Shown: positions 26,852-41,269 of the stretch, piece by piece
Position numbering within the stretch: the first letter of the stretch is position 1
Layout of the letters: each line of letters begins with the position of its first letter
Assembly (NCBI GenBank): GCA_964016885.1
Contig: OZ024743.1
Location: forward strand, 108,810,001-108,874,000
DNA: 64,000 nt
Origin: Eledone cirrhosa
Taxonomy: Eukaryota
Direction of reading: 5' to 3'
The notes under the pieces: model-generated
Seen by the model: the letters and a program-made list of their open reading frames with translations, nothing else
Told to the model about the DNA's origin: nothing
Database searches by the model: none
Made by a program: the position numbers and the translations under genes

Positions 26852-27150
26852 TATACTTAGAGAGGGTCATATTGTAATAATATTGCCAAAATTAATAACA
26901 GAACACACTCACTGTTTGGTTGGTTTTCGCTTCTGTATATTTTATATCAGTTAATTTATTCGGTCCTCAATGTTTACCATTGAGTGACCAACGGTCAAAA
27001 ATACAGATATAATATAGACACAAACACATATATATAGTAACAAAGTTCTTTTGTTGCACATCTGCAACATCGTCAGTGGTGCTATTATGTTTCCTCCTGT
27101 TGTATTGTATGTCTACGCCATCTTTATTTATCAAAAACCTCGCAAAACTC
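26852..27150 (-). mobile_element. Solo family A pLTR with inverted tail piece
   Basis: Reverse copy of the family A terminus, then TCAAAAACCTCGCAAAACT in the opposite orientation. Confidence 0.8.
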
Positions 27151-27457
27151 TATATGTATATGTATATATATATAAATATATACACTTAACTGTAACCCTT
27201 TTGAAAAAGGAATTGTAAAAATGAGGTATTTTGTGTACAGTGTACTGTAATACCAACGTATGAATTCGGAGCTTCTCAAATATTCCTTGAGGGTTAAGAG
27301 TATAAATAGAAGCAAAGGAATTTTGTAATGGGAAATAAAATCTTACTGTGAATCATTACACTAAATTGTTAGGAATACGAAACATGTCTCCGAAAACATA
27401 TTTCTATGCTCTATTGCGCAGTTAATCCTTGCATTATTTCACCCACACCCTGTTATG

Positions 27458-27562
<105 letters not shown>

Positions 27563-27687
27563 ATGTGTGTGTGTGTGTGTGTCTATGTGTGTGTGTGTGT
27601 GTATGTATGTATATATATACATGGATATAAAGTAGTGGCCGTGTACTCGAAAACGAGTTGGCAGCCATCATATATATGTATGTATGC

Positions 27688-27729
<42 letters not shown>

Positions 27730-27793
27730 GTATATATATATGTGTATGTATGTACACATGTATGTACACATATATGTACACACATATATTTAT

Positions 27794-28399
27794 GTCAGGT
27801 CACCAGTTGGTGCTACTGGTAACATATATCCCAGTACAACCTGTCCCATGGTCGGGTCGTTGGCGACTAAACTGGCAACCCCTCTAAGGTTTCTTGGTGA
27901 GGAGGGAGACTTTCGGCATCCTGCAGGACTAAAAACAAAACTTGTCAAAGGGCAAAAGAGCTCTTAAGAGTCAATGGCCATCCAAAATCACCGGGAGAGA
28001 TGAACCCTTACCCTTTGTCAAGGCAGAATTCTAGGAGAAGGAAAACTCTGATATAACACCTGCAACCCTGATGGTATCCAATGATGTTGACATGTTCTTC
28101 TTTTTGGTAAATATTATCTTGGTTAAGAGAGTGGGACTGGCTTTGTGCAGTGCCTTTGCTCACTATAAAAGCTTCACGGCACAGGCATTGCTTTATATCT
28201 GGAGATCTCTCTGCACTTGTGGTCATATGGTATCATGGGCCCAGCACTATGTGTCAATAATTGTCACAAGTGTAGTGTTTGTACCAGAGCTTTCAACTCG
28301 CTGGCTGGACTAAAAAGTCACACTTGTTCAGCGCATCGGTAGGGGTTTCTCCTACATGGATATAGAGTAGTGGCCGTACACGAAAACGAGTTGGCAGCC

Positions 28400-28402
<3 letters not shown>
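27794..28402 (-). mobile_element. RTE-5'UTR-like repeat (plus a ~50-nt copy at 27618-27669)
   Basis: Reverse complement of 19287-19883. Confidence 0.65.
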
Positions 28403-28467
<65 letters not shown>

Positions 28468-28645
28468 CGTACAGTAGCATGTATATATATACATACAGGC
28501 ACACATATATATATACACGTATCAGTTTACCGAACATTTATTATAATGCTCGGTTTGTTCGTTTGTAAAGAAACAAACAGCCTGAATTTCGCCGTACAGT
28601 GTTTAGGCAACCACGTCACCTTTTTGTTCAACACTGACACCGCAA

Positions 28646-28686
28646 CGATGTACTAGTTTCAAGCTTATTAGCTATCGTCAGCACCG
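28646..28686 (-). ncRNA. Minimal hammerhead ribozyme
   Basis: Reverse strand: cggtg-CTGACGA-tagctaataagctt-GAAA-ctag-TA-catcg. Confidence 0.88.
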
Positions 28687-29086
28687 TATACCTTTCTGCC
28701 AGATGGTTGAACGCCGAAAGTATATACTTTCCTTATGAAAATTAACGGCTGAGCAGCCTAATTTGCATATCGAGTGAGTTCAGTCGGCCAGGCGCACCGA
28801 AAACGATAAATGGAATAGAATGAAACGAAATTTCATTTCTCACTCTTAGTACGGCACTTACTTAAATGTAAGTATGTATGTATACGTACATACATATATG
28901 TATACAGACGTACAGTAGCATGTATATATATACATACAGGCACACATATATATATGCACGTATCATTTTACCGAACATTTATTATAATGCTCGGTTTGTT
29001 CGTTTGTAAACAAACAAAAAGCCTTAATTACGCCGTACAGTGTTTAGGCAACCACGTCACCTTTTTGTTCAACACTGACACAGGAA

Positions 29087-29127
29087 CGATGTACTAGTTT
29101 CAAGCTTATTAGCTATCGTCAGCACCG
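29087..29127 (-). ncRNA. Minimal hammerhead ribozyme
   Basis: Same motif, intact core. Confidence 0.88.
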
Positions 29128-29687
29128 TATACCTTTCTGCCAGATGGTTGAACGTCCGAAAGTATATACTTTCCTTATGAAAATTAACGGCTGAGCAGCC
29201 TAATTTGCATATCGAGTGAGTTCAGTCGGCCAGGCGCACCGAAAACGATAAATGGAATAGAATGAAACGAAATTTCATTTCTCACTCTTAGTACGGCACT
29301 TACTTAAATGTAAGTATGTATATATACGTACATACATATATGTATAAAGACGAACTTACTCGATATGCAAATTAAGATGCTCAGCCGTTAATTTTCATAA
29401 GGAAAACTGATACGTGCATATATATATGTGTGCCTGTATGTATATATATACATGCTACTGTACGTCTCTATACATATATGTATGTACGTATACATACATA
29501 GTTACATTTAAGTAAGTGCCGTACTAAGAGTGAGAAATGCAATTTCGTTTCTTTCTATTCCATTTATCGTTTTTGGTGTGCCTGGCCGACTGAACTCACT
29601 CGATATGCAAACTAGGCTGCTCAGCCGTTAATTTTCATGAGGAAAGTATATACTTTCGGACGTTCAACCATCTGGCAGAAAGGTATA

Positions 29688-29728
29688 CGGTGCTGACGAT
29701 AGCTAATAAGCTTGAAACTAGTACATCG
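29688..29728 (+). ncRNA. Minimal hammerhead ribozyme
   Basis: cggtg-CTGACGA-t-agct-aata-agct-t-GAAA-ctag-TA-catcg. Confidence 0.88.
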
Positions 29729-30129
29729 TTCCCGTTTCAGTTTGGAACAAAAAGGTGACGTGGTTGCCTAAACACTTTACGGCGTAATTCTGGCTGTTTG
29801 TTTGTTTACAAACGAACAAACCGAGCATTATAATAAATGTTCGGTAAACTGATACGTGCATATATATATGTGTGCCTGTATGTATATATATACATGCTAC
29901 TGTACGTCTGTATACATATATGTATGTACGTATACGTACATACTTACATTTAAGTAAGTGCCGTAATAAGAGTGAGAAATGAAATTTCGTTTCATTCTAT
30001 TCCATTCATCGTTTGCGGTGCGCCTGGCCGACTGAACTCACTCGATATGCAAATTAGGCTGCTCAGTCGTTAATTTTCATAAGGAAAGTATATACTTTCG
30101 GACGTTCAACCATCTGGCAGAAAGGTATA

Positions 30130-30170
30130 CGGTGTTGACGATAGCTAATAAGCTTGAAACTAGTACATCG
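30130..30170 (+). ncRNA. Minimal hammerhead ribozyme, C3->T variant
   Basis: TTGACGA core; otherwise identical. Confidence 0.78.
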
Positions 30171-30490
30171 TTCCTGTGTCACTGTTGAACAAAAAGGTGA
30201 CGTGATTGCCTGAACACTGTACGGCGTAATTCAGGCTGTTTGTTTGTTTACAAACAAACAAACCGAGTATTATAATAAATGTTCGGTAAACTGATACGTG
30301 CATATATATATATGTGTGCCTGTATGTATATATATACATGCTACTGTACGTCTGTATACATATATGTATATACGTATACATACATACTTACATTTAAGTA
30401 AGTGCCGTACTAAGAGTGAGAAATGAAATTTCGTTTCATTCTATTCCATTTATATATATATACATATATATATAAATATATATATATATA

Positions 30491-31031
30491 CAGGATGGGG
30501 CAGAATGTTTGCCGCGATTTCAAAGGTTAATAAAAAAACAAACACATACAAAAAACCTCTGTATTCATAATAAGTACATTACATGCCATTCATTTTCTGT
30601 TTCAGGTAGTACCGCACAATGGCCTGGAGTTTGAGATCATCGTGCATTTGTTGTGGAAGAATTTCTTAAGAACGGTGAGTTCGTCGTAACTATGCAGACT
30701 TCCTTCCGAAGACACTTTACTCTTCTTCGTCATGATCCCGTATCGGTTGGAAAAACAATTCGTCTGTGGGTTTCTAGCTTTAGACAAACATCATCGGCTT
30801 TAAAAAAGAAAAATTCCTGGCCGGCCTATGACCGTTATGGTGAACTTTCGAGAGAGACTTCAAAACTGCATCGACATTGGCGGGCGTCACTTAAGTGATA
30901 CAATTTTCAAAACCACTTAAATCACAATGGCATGTAGGGTACTTATTATAAATACAAAGTTTTTTCTCTTATGATCACGTGTTTGTTTTTATTAACATTT
31001 GAAATCGGGGCAACCTTTCTGCCCCAGCTTG
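30491..31031 (+). mobile_element. Internally deleted Tc1/mariner (rosa/DD41D-like) element
   Basis: ~110-bp TIRs CAGGATGGGGCAGAA.../...TTCTGCCCCAGCTTG, TA flanks; N-terminal HTH remnant (FVVEEFLKNGE..Q..FRRHF..TIRLWVSSFRQT) fused to C-terminus (NFRERLQNCIDIGGRHL). Confidence 0.8.
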
Positions 31032-31041
31032 TATATATCTA

Positions 31042-31125
<84 letters not shown>

Positions 31126-31134
<9 letters not shown>

Positions 31135-31210
31135 CAGATTAAAGTTTAAGCAAAGAATCGTTGCTTTCACCCTTAACGGATTTTAGTCTTCAAATGTGTT
31201 ATTATTACTA
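31126..31210. mobile_element. Family B mini-insertion: inverted terminus joined to tail end
   Basis: 31126-31180 matches 4487-4537; GGATTTTAGTCTTCAA is the reverse complement of 4407-4422. Confidence 0.7.
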
Positions 31211-32589
31211 TATATATATAAAGTTATATGCGTGTGTACGCACATATATATAAAGTTTAGTAATAGGTAGGTAATAATAACAAATGTATAGTGCATCTCA
31301 AGCCGTAGGGCGAGTTGGAATATAATTGTTAAGTCCAGTTTCTACAATGGTGCCATAAGAGTTACGAACGTTTCGTTGTCCCTGAGGCCTACATCGTTTA
31401 TAACTGTGCCGATGAAAAGGAACCGGAAAATGTTTGCTTGAAAAGGAAAATACAGAGCAAAGTGAGAAGAGCCCCAAATTAGGGAGAGATAATCTGAATT
31501 GTCTAGGGGAGACAGCTTCACTGAAAATACACAAGCAAGAGCTAAATTAGTTAATATTTATGAGAGCTATAAAAACAATTCTTATTCATAAGTCTTACTT
31601 TCGAACACATCCAGCATTATGATGGCAATCAAACACGACGAAGTTTTAAAGTACGAATTAACTGGACTGTAGCAATTATGGAATAGTTTGCCTCTGGTAT
31701 ATTAATGTTTTCACACAGCTGTGTTAACATCTGTTGACTTCACATCGGTGCCGTTATTCTTTGGTAATGAATGTATAAGGGATGTACACTTTACAAAAAA
31801 AGGCAGGGAGATTTTGCAAATATTGTTAACAAGTAGAAAAAACTCCGAGTCCATTGGTCGCCGAAATCTACCTACACAGTTCTGATCCCTACCGACGGCA
31901 CTCGTAATGAATCATGAGTTGCAGTGTCTGACACTTTTCGCCATGTACTGTACGGTTTAAATGTTGTAAACTTATATATTCTATACAGGTAAGATATATT
32001 TTGCCTTGCTTTCGTTTTATTACTCGAAAGGCAGTGTTTGGCGATTTAATTGATCACTGTAACACCGGATGGACCAGCAACGCCATGAGTAGGGCTCGAA
32101 ATCCTAAAGACTTTTGTATATATATATAATTGTTCATGGCATTTCAACATTTGAGAATAGATAATGTACTTAAGTAATTAGTTTCATGATCAAACTAGTT
32201 CTAGTTTCAGTCTAACTGGATGGCTAGTTTGGTTAGTGTATGTTTAAAAATATTTGTTTGACCCAAGCCTTTTGTATCAAATCGGCACACCGGAAATTGG
32301 GAAACCAATCGGATGATCGCTATCCCACCTCCAGTGGTAAATCTAACCTATTACATGGTTTAATCGCATGATCATGTCCTTGAGTGACTTTGGTGGATTC
32401 AAGTTGGGCAAAGGCAATGTTCCCCATTTCCCGACCAGCGCTGGGGACACAGTGAAAATACTATGATACAGTTATACTCTAAGCCACGAGAATCGACATC
32501 CTCAAAGAAGGAATACTTATTAGCCCAAAGTAGTTGATTGCATCTTGGTTCACATCTAAAGCATGCACGTCACATTTATATTTGATATC

Positions 32590-32628
32590 CTCCTTCTCCT
32601 CTTCCTCTTCCTCCCCCTCCTCGTCTTC

Positions 32629-32660
<32 letters not shown>

Positions 32661-33800
32661 CATCATCAACACGAGCACCATGAAAATTATCGCCATCATC
32701 ATTATTATCATTATGTTTATCATCTTCCCATATTTGCTATAGGGCAACTAATCCAAATTTTCAGAATTTTTAGAATTTTCTTGTCACTGAATATCACACA
32801 CATTCAGATACACCCACACCCAAAACACACATACACTCACATTCACATACACAGGCGTAAATACTCATACATACACACACACGTACACACTCACACACAC
32901 AAGCGCAAGCACATAAGGATATATAATTTGCATACTCACACGCACACTCACAATCATATACGCATACAATCAAACGCATTTGCATACAGACATAATACAA
33001 CTTTCATTCACACACACACACATTCACATTCACAAATACACATACACTACGCACTCATATATACACACAAGCATACATGTATTTGCGGGTATAAAAACCA
33101 CACATGCATACACACTCAGAAAAACACATGCAGTCAAACGAACACAGACACATATAAACTATTCCCTCTGTCTCTTCTGTCTCAAACATACATAAGTTTT
33201 CTGTCTTTATTTTCTCTCATAGCAACAGATGAACAAACCGGTACGCGCACACATACTCATACACTCTCACACTCATATATGTGTATATTCAGAAGTACAC
33301 ACAGAACACAAGCATACATATTTATCTACACTCACACACTCTCTCTTGCAATCATAATCACAAATACACGCATACCACATACGCATACACACTCAATATC
33401 TATCGCCCCCACACATACAAGTATATTCATAAATACAAATAACACACACAGATACTCAACCACAATCACATCCACACAGACTAGCATATGTACAAACAGA
33501 CACACGCCATATACACATACATAATCATATTGACATATAGAAGCATACACACACTAAAACACCCACACAGAAAAATACATATACCTAATCCTCCTCACTG
33601 ACACTAATATATAGAAGCATCCACCCTCATAAATACACACACACACATATACACACGCTTGTCCTTTCACTCACTCATACGTACAAACACACACACATAC
33701 ATACAAACACACACACACAGTAACCACCACATATAAACGAACGTCCATACAGCAGTATACATACAGCTGCATATATACACACACATACAACACGCGCACA
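32590..33800. repeat. (CAT)n and degenerate CA-rich low-complexity tract
   Basis: Direct reading. Confidence 0.85.
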
Positions 33801-35029
33801 CAGACCCATACATTCCCTGTGCCTTCCCTACTTTTACTGAAGTGGCATGCCGGCTATTCAACGGGGCGAACATAACCAATTATTGCGCTTATTTTACGTG
33901 TACTTAATGTGTTAAAGGCATTTCACAGTTGAATCATGGGAAATCAGCCGTAGGCTTTCAGAAAACTTGTCACACGTCAGAAAGATTATCTTAATTTTCG
34001 TCTTGGTTTTAGATTTGTTCTGTCTCTCGACTACGAATTTTAACGGTTTTAAAATTACTATTGATCAGTCTTTGCTTTGGAATCATTCTAACTCTTCACT
34101 ACCATGTTTAACCTTTTCAAACAGGGCCGGCCAAAACTAGATTTGAAACTAAAAACAAATATGAAACTAAAAACAACTATGTAGGAGCCTCTACTCTGAC
34201 GCTTGAACTGCTACAAATGGTAGGTAAACTACTTTTACAACACAAATTATCGTTAGGCTAAATATTGTGATATTTGTGGAAGTTGATAGAATCATGTTAA
34301 CAGGACAATTATCAATTTTGATGCCAAACTGGCCAATCCCGTCTCTGGTTCTATGAAACGAAACCAAATATTTTAAAGTGTTCCTATTTAAATTAAAATC
34401 TTCCAATGTAGTTTACATGAGAACCATATATATCAAATTTGACACTTTTCATACGAACCTGGCTCTGGTTCTTGAAAAAATATTGCCAATTTAATGTCTC
34501 ATGTATAGATTATAATCTTCCAATGATGTTTATATATACTTAAATATTAATTTTAGTAAAACATGAATTAATAATTGATATCGAGAGTATATTTTCGAAC
34601 GGTTTTAAACATTACAATTAATAAGTCTTAACCAGGGAAACATAACGACATTTGATTACCAAGCTGAACACTTTTGATACCAAACAGCATGGAAACACCA
34701 TTGGTTATAGAACACTCACCTCTTGGCTTAAAGTTTTTAAAATTATCTAAAAATAACTTCTAACCTAATTTTGCGTATGAACATATTACCAAATACACTC
34801 AGTATTCTTGATTATTTTCATAATTATTTAAACATTATTATAAGCAATGTTTTTCATTAAGAACGGTTTAACGGTTTTAGGTTTTGAACTATAATTGATC
34901 AGGTATACAGTGAAAATCCTACTTTTTTCTAATTTCATACCCATTATTTCTACAGATTGTAGTAATATTTTCTCAGCTGTTGCTGCTGCTCCCCCTCCCC
35001 TCCCCCCCTCCCCCTCCTTATCATGCTCA

Positions 35030-35031
35030 TC

Positions 35032-35103
<72 letters not shown>

Positions 35104-35123
35104 ATTCTACTACTACTACTACT
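35030..35123. repeat. (CTA)n microsatellite
   Basis: Direct reading. Confidence 0.95.
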
Positions 35124-35218
35124 ATATACATACATACATACGTGTATATATATATACGTGTGTATGTATGTATATATGTATATATTTATATACATACATA
35201 TGTATATATATACATACA

Positions 35219-35272
<54 letters not shown>

Positions 35273-36796
35273 TGCACGAAAATGCTAAACTTTTTCCCGT
35301 TCAGAATATACATTAATCACATGCGTCATGAATATACATGCATAAATGTTATCAATGCACCTTTATTACATGAGAGCTTTTAACCTTTTTGCTATGCGCA
35401 ATCACCATATTCTCACTATGATTCGTCCCTGTCGTTAACTGACCATTTTCAGGCGCTGTAGGCTAGACTATACATTATTGACTCACTGCCGAGCTATATC
35501 TAATTATATAAACATGGAAATATTGAAACGATTGTCCTATCAAATCTGGACGACGCCACCATTATGAAACCAATCAGTAAATAGTATTTTATATGTAAAT
35601 ATTAATATATGGATTAGTTAGACACACTAGTGTCAATTGCTTTATACTTTGGGGATATGAAGTAATATAAAAACTAACAGCTATTGTTTTGTTTGCTCTG
35701 TTTTAGCAAACACTTGATAAACGTGATGTCCAAAGTATTTTAGATGAAAAGAAAAATTGCAGGAAATATTGTGAAACCTAATCCACAAACAATCTGATAG
35801 CACGACTCTAAGGAAACGTTGAAAATAGTTAATTCTAATTGATTTCTAGAGTGTTCTTTTCTGTTATGATTCTGGAATTTTTATATTGCTTCGTCCATGT
35901 ATATATATATGCTTACATATCTTACATATAAAAGGTGGGTTAGTGAATAGTGGTATTAGAAAGCACAGCTCTTCGAAACAACTATGTCCACAGTTCAATA
36001 CATGCCAAATTTTCCGATAATCTGTCTGGGGGTATATATATAATTAAGATGCATAACATAGATACATGCATACATATACACATACATACACACATACATA
36101 CATACATACACACACTCATAAACATATATATATATATATATGTATATATATACAGTAAACGTGTGTTGAAACAGATATTGTTAAATTTTGGGAGGGTCAT
36201 TCTGTCCTACACCATCTTGCTTGTGTGTGTACAGCACACAAAAACAAGAAATCAGTCTTAGAGAAGGTCACAGAATGTGTGACGAAAGAGCTTTCTCAGT
36301 ATATATATATATATACAATTACCCAATTATTGAACCAACCGACCGGAAATTAATAGTAAATTGAAGTGGAAACCAAACCAGAGTATTGGTCATATTTTCA
36401 GTGCTATCTAGATATACAAACTTATCACGACTTTCAATCTATGGCCATAGATACATATGTTTGTCGTAGTGTAAGATTTGCATGGTGCAGGTTGGTACAT
36501 ATCCGCAATCTTTTTCAGACTGATTGTGAAGCTCAAGGCACTGCATGCTTTCGAAGAGGTTTACATACATACACGCATGCAAACTAAAACACATACATAC
36601 ATGCATGCAAACATAAATATATACATATATATAAATACATACATACATTTATAAATACATACATACAGCCATTCATAGAACTAATCATGGAATTACTTAA
36701 TGACAGGGAAATACAGAATATGTAAATAGATAAGAAAACTCCCGATCCTGGCTCCAAGCGTTTCTGGCTTGAGTGACAGACAGTCCGAAACCGCTT

Positions 36797-36858
<62 letters not shown>

Positions 36859-36860
36859 CA

Positions 36861-39800
36861 TCGAGGTTTTTGATATGAAATCGTGTGTCGAAAGAAATAT
36901 TGTTATACTTTGGGAGGATCATATTGTTGTAATAATATTGCAAGAGTTAATAACAGAACACACTCACCGTTAGGTTGGTTTTCGCTTCTGTATCTTTCAT
37001 ATCAGTTAATTTATTCGGTCATCAATGTTTACCATTGACTGACCAACGGTCAAAAATACAGATATAATATAGACACAAACATATATATATGGTCTAACAC
37101 ATTTCTTTCGTTGCACATCTGCAACATCGTCAGTGGTGCTATTATGTTTCCTCCTGTTGTATTGTATGTCTACGCCATCTTTATTTAAACTGTTTATTTA
37201 TTTATTCGTGTCTTCTTCTCTGTGCATGCGTTTGTGTGTGTGTGTATAGTGTTTGACGTTGTTCACATTTGGGTGACTGTGTTTTGGTTTTGTATTATAT
37301 CTTAGTTTACTAGCGTGTGTTTATATGTGCTTGTTGTTATTGTGCTTGTGTATATATTTATTTATTTATTTATTTATATATCTCTTAGGTCAGTATTGTT
37401 TGTTTGGATGTTGTTGTTATTTCATTCATTTGTTTTCAGTTTAGCTTTGGCCTTCTAAGTTCTATTTCACTGGCCTCTCTGATTCGCCTATCGGCTGGGT
37501 CATTTCTATGTTTACATATTATTTTAATTTCTATGTTGTCTATGTTACCGTCATGTTGTTGTCTGGCGTGTTCGTATATACTGAACCGTTCTTTTCGTCC
37601 CTTTAGTTCCCCTCAGTATTGGTCAATCCTTTCACCTATGCTACAAGCTGTCTCGCCAATGTATGTTGTTGTCATGTTCCTGCAAGTACTCTCTGTACAT
37701 ATTATGCTATAGACTACGTTTCTAGTTTTACAGATTATCCAGGCATTTTCTTTACATATAACACATTTCCTATTAGTACAGTGGGTTTTCTTAAAAAGGT
37801 GTGTTTTGCTGATCAGGGATTTTATCGTGGTTCCTGGCTTTTCTACCACCTTAACCATTAAGTCGGTCTTTCTCATGGCCTTTCTACATTGGTTAGCTAA
37901 TTTCCCTCCAGGGATAGCGTCCACGAACATGACACTCTGGTATCTATGGTTGTCGTACCATGAGGTGGCTTTCCCTATCTTATGTTTAGTCCTTTCTAAG
38001 CTATTCCATGATTTGCTCCTGTATAACGGGCAAATTCCTTTCATGTCCAGTTCTATTAGGGTCTTATACTTCTCCGTGGCTCCTTGGTATACTCTGATTC
38101 TGTCTCTTTGGTTGTAGTCAGAGAACTGCATGCGGTTGATGAAGTGAAAATTCACAAAAATACCCAGATAACATCAACAATATCCGTATGTCAGACGTAG
38201 CATTACCGGCACAATTTACCAAAGACCACACAATAAATATTTATGGGAACACGTTAATCAGTGAACAAGAAAAACAGGTTATACAACAATAATAATAATG
38301 TTAATGATAGGAACAACAACAACCACCATCATAACAATAATAGCGACACACACAACTATGACGTTAGACATAATGACAACCTCTTAGAGAAATTAATCTT
38401 CAATCCAGCTGACGAAACATATCAGATGGGTAATATTTATCCTACGAGGTTACCCTTTAATAAAAGGGTTTGTATACCACAATAAATAGATGACGAGACA
38501 GAGGCACAGTTCACCATGGCTAGAAATAAGATTGGACAAATAGTAGACCGATATACTAAGTTACAAAGCAGACCAGAGATCCACCAACATGGAAGGAAAC
38601 ATGTAGAAGTCTTAGTTAGCCTCAAGCAGCGCACAAGGGATGGTGAGGTAGTATGTCTACCCACGTATATGTATGGTAGGGTGTCAATAGACAGTATGCC
38701 GAACTACATCAAGGCTATTCAACCCCAACACTAGCGAAATTATACAGCAAATACATGAGGGGAGAGAGAAGATACTCAACGCTCACATGATGATGTGGAC
38801 CGACATCCTAAAACCAAGCAGACGGACTGCCAACAACTTCCAGGCCTCTAACAATAACATACCACACTTGTATGGACTCCGCACGACCATAACACAGTCG
38901 ACTACCTCACAACAGGTCCACCAAAAAGACATGTATGCGGAGCCAATATGGCTAGCAACTACAGGATCTCCAACATCCTCTCAATGTTTATACGCCCCAT
39001 AATCAAGATGTCCTCAGATGTATGTGACAGTTCAGAGGACCCCCTCAGCAGAATCAGTGAGTGCAACAAAAGCAAAAACCTATCTAACTGCATACTAGGC
39101 AGTATGGACGTGGTATCACAATGCCCATGCATTAACATTGATTTTGCTGTGGAAAAATGTGTGGAGATGATCATTGAGAGTGAGCTGGAGCTCTGCCACG
39201 TCGACACAGACGACCTGAGCCTCCTACTAAGACTTACATATAACATTGACTACCTAGACTGCCATAACCTTAGCCGTTTCTGCCCCAGTAGACCCAGAAG
39301 AGGTAGACCCCCCGCCATGACCTCGATGGCAAAAAAGAATCCCATGGGAAGGGGGATTGGGTGAACCAAGGCCATAGGGTCCCCAAAAAACAATGGTTAG
39401 GTAAGAAAAATGGTCGCACATGCAATAGGGGCTAGTATTAAAACTACCCTAAAGGGCCACATATTCAAATTCAACGAGATCTACACCCAAAATGAGGGAG
39501 CAGCCATTGGCGTCAGCATAGCTGGTGACGTTTCCAACCTTTTTATGCTATGGTTGGAAAGGAGACTCAAATATTTCCTTGATGAGAGCTCCATATACCT
39601 CATCATGTACTCTCGTTACGTAGACAACATTAATATAGTAATAAGGGCACCGCACAAGAGAGTACTAACAAGTATGATTTAGAATGTAGCACAATGGAAA
39701 GCATCCAGCAGATAGCTATTTCCATACACCAGAGTATAACTGTAACTATCGACTACCCTTCCAAACACCCTAACAATAGACTACTTGTATTAGACAGGGA

Positions 39801-41221
39801 ACACTGGATTAACACTATAGACGAGAGAGCCCAAATTCTCCACTACACTACGCTAAACCCGTGGCGGCCAAATACCTGATACTCAAAACCTCAACAATTT
39901 CCAGTAGTGCTAAGTTTAATATTCTGATCGCAGACTTGGTACGAGTGATGAAGAACGTGTCCCGCATGTGCGACCCACAGAAATGGAAAGACACATCCAA
40001 CACTTCATCAACCGCATGCAGTTCTCTGGCTACAACCAGAGAGACAGAATCAGAGTATACGAAGGAGCCACGGAGAAGTATAAGACCATCATAGAACTGG
40101 ACATGAAAGGAATTTGCCCATTATACAGGAGCAAATCATGGAATAACTTAGAAAGGGCTAAACATAATATAGGGAAAGCCACCTCATTGTACGACAACCA
40201 GAGATACCAGAATGTCATGTTCATGGACGCTACCCCTGGAAGGAAATTAGCTAACCAGGGTAGAGAGGCCCTGAGAAAGACCCACTTAAACATTATGGTG
40301 GTTGAAAAGCCAGGAACCACTTTTAAGAAAACCCACTGTACTAATAGGAAATGTATTACATGTAAAGTAAACCCCCGGATAAGCTGTAAAACTAGAAACG
40401 TAGTCTATAGCATAAGATATACAGAGTGTACTTGCAGAAACATGACAACAACATACATAGGCGAGACAGCTCGTAGCATAGGTGAAAGGATAGACCAACA
40501 CTGGAGGGGGGGGGGGGGGCTAAAAGGACGAACAAATCGGTTCAGTACTATACCAACACGCCAGACAACAACATGACGGTACCATAGACAACATAGAAAT
40601 TAAAATAATATGTAAACATAGAAATGACCCAGCAGATAGGCAAATCAGAGACGCCAGTGACATAGAACTTAGAAGCCAAAGCTAAACAGAAAAAAACGAA
40701 TGGAATAACAACACCCAAATAAACAATACTGGCCTAAGAGATTAAAAATAAATAAATAAATATAAACACAAGCACAATAACAACAAACACATATAAACAC
40801 ACGCTAGTAAACTTAGATAGAATACAATAACCAAAACACAGTCAGCCAAACGCGAACACACATCAAACGCGAATACACACACTCAAACGCATGCGCAGAG
40901 AAGATGACAAAGATAAATAAATAAATAAATAAACATATTAAATAAAGATGGGGTAAACATACAGTACAACAGGAGGAAACATAATAGCACAGCTGACGAT
41001 GTTGCAGATGTGCAACGAAAGAACTTTGTTAGACTGTATATATGTGATTGTGTCAATATTATATCTGTATTTTTGACCTTTGATCAGTCAATGGTAAACA
41101 TTGAGGACCGAATAAATTATCTGATATAAAATATATAGAAGCGAAAACCAACTAAACAGTGAGTGAGTTCTGTTACTTATTCTGGCAATATTATTACAAC
41201 AATATAACGCTCCCCAAGTAT

Positions 41222-41226
<5 letters not shown>
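36861..41226. mobile_element. Family A PLE foldback: inverted 3' copy (36861-38146, -) joined to a longer decayed copy (38150-41226, +)
   Basis: 36898-38146 is the reverse complement of ~40000-41226; the plus arm has IPHLYGLR, SMDVVSQCP, QNEGAAIG, YVDN and GIY-YIG remnants. Confidence 0.9.

Positions 41227-41269
<43 letters not shown>

Larger units (their letters stand above)
28460..30450. repeat. Mirror-image tandem array of a ~441-bp hammerhead-containing unit (retrozyme-like)
   Basis: Two units with minus-strand HHRs (28460-29350), then ~2.4 inverted units with plus-strand HHRs (29351-30450); HHR spacing 441 and 442 nt. Confidence 0.9.

Noticed and set aside
28460-30450. CRISPR-like or prokaryotic repeat array
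   Set aside because: Units are long and contiguous with no unique spacers, and the context is eukaryotic.
36402-36490. Possible host exon (ttttcag...CAG|gt)
   Set aside because: Splice-like signals only; peptide unrecognised and no linked exons.
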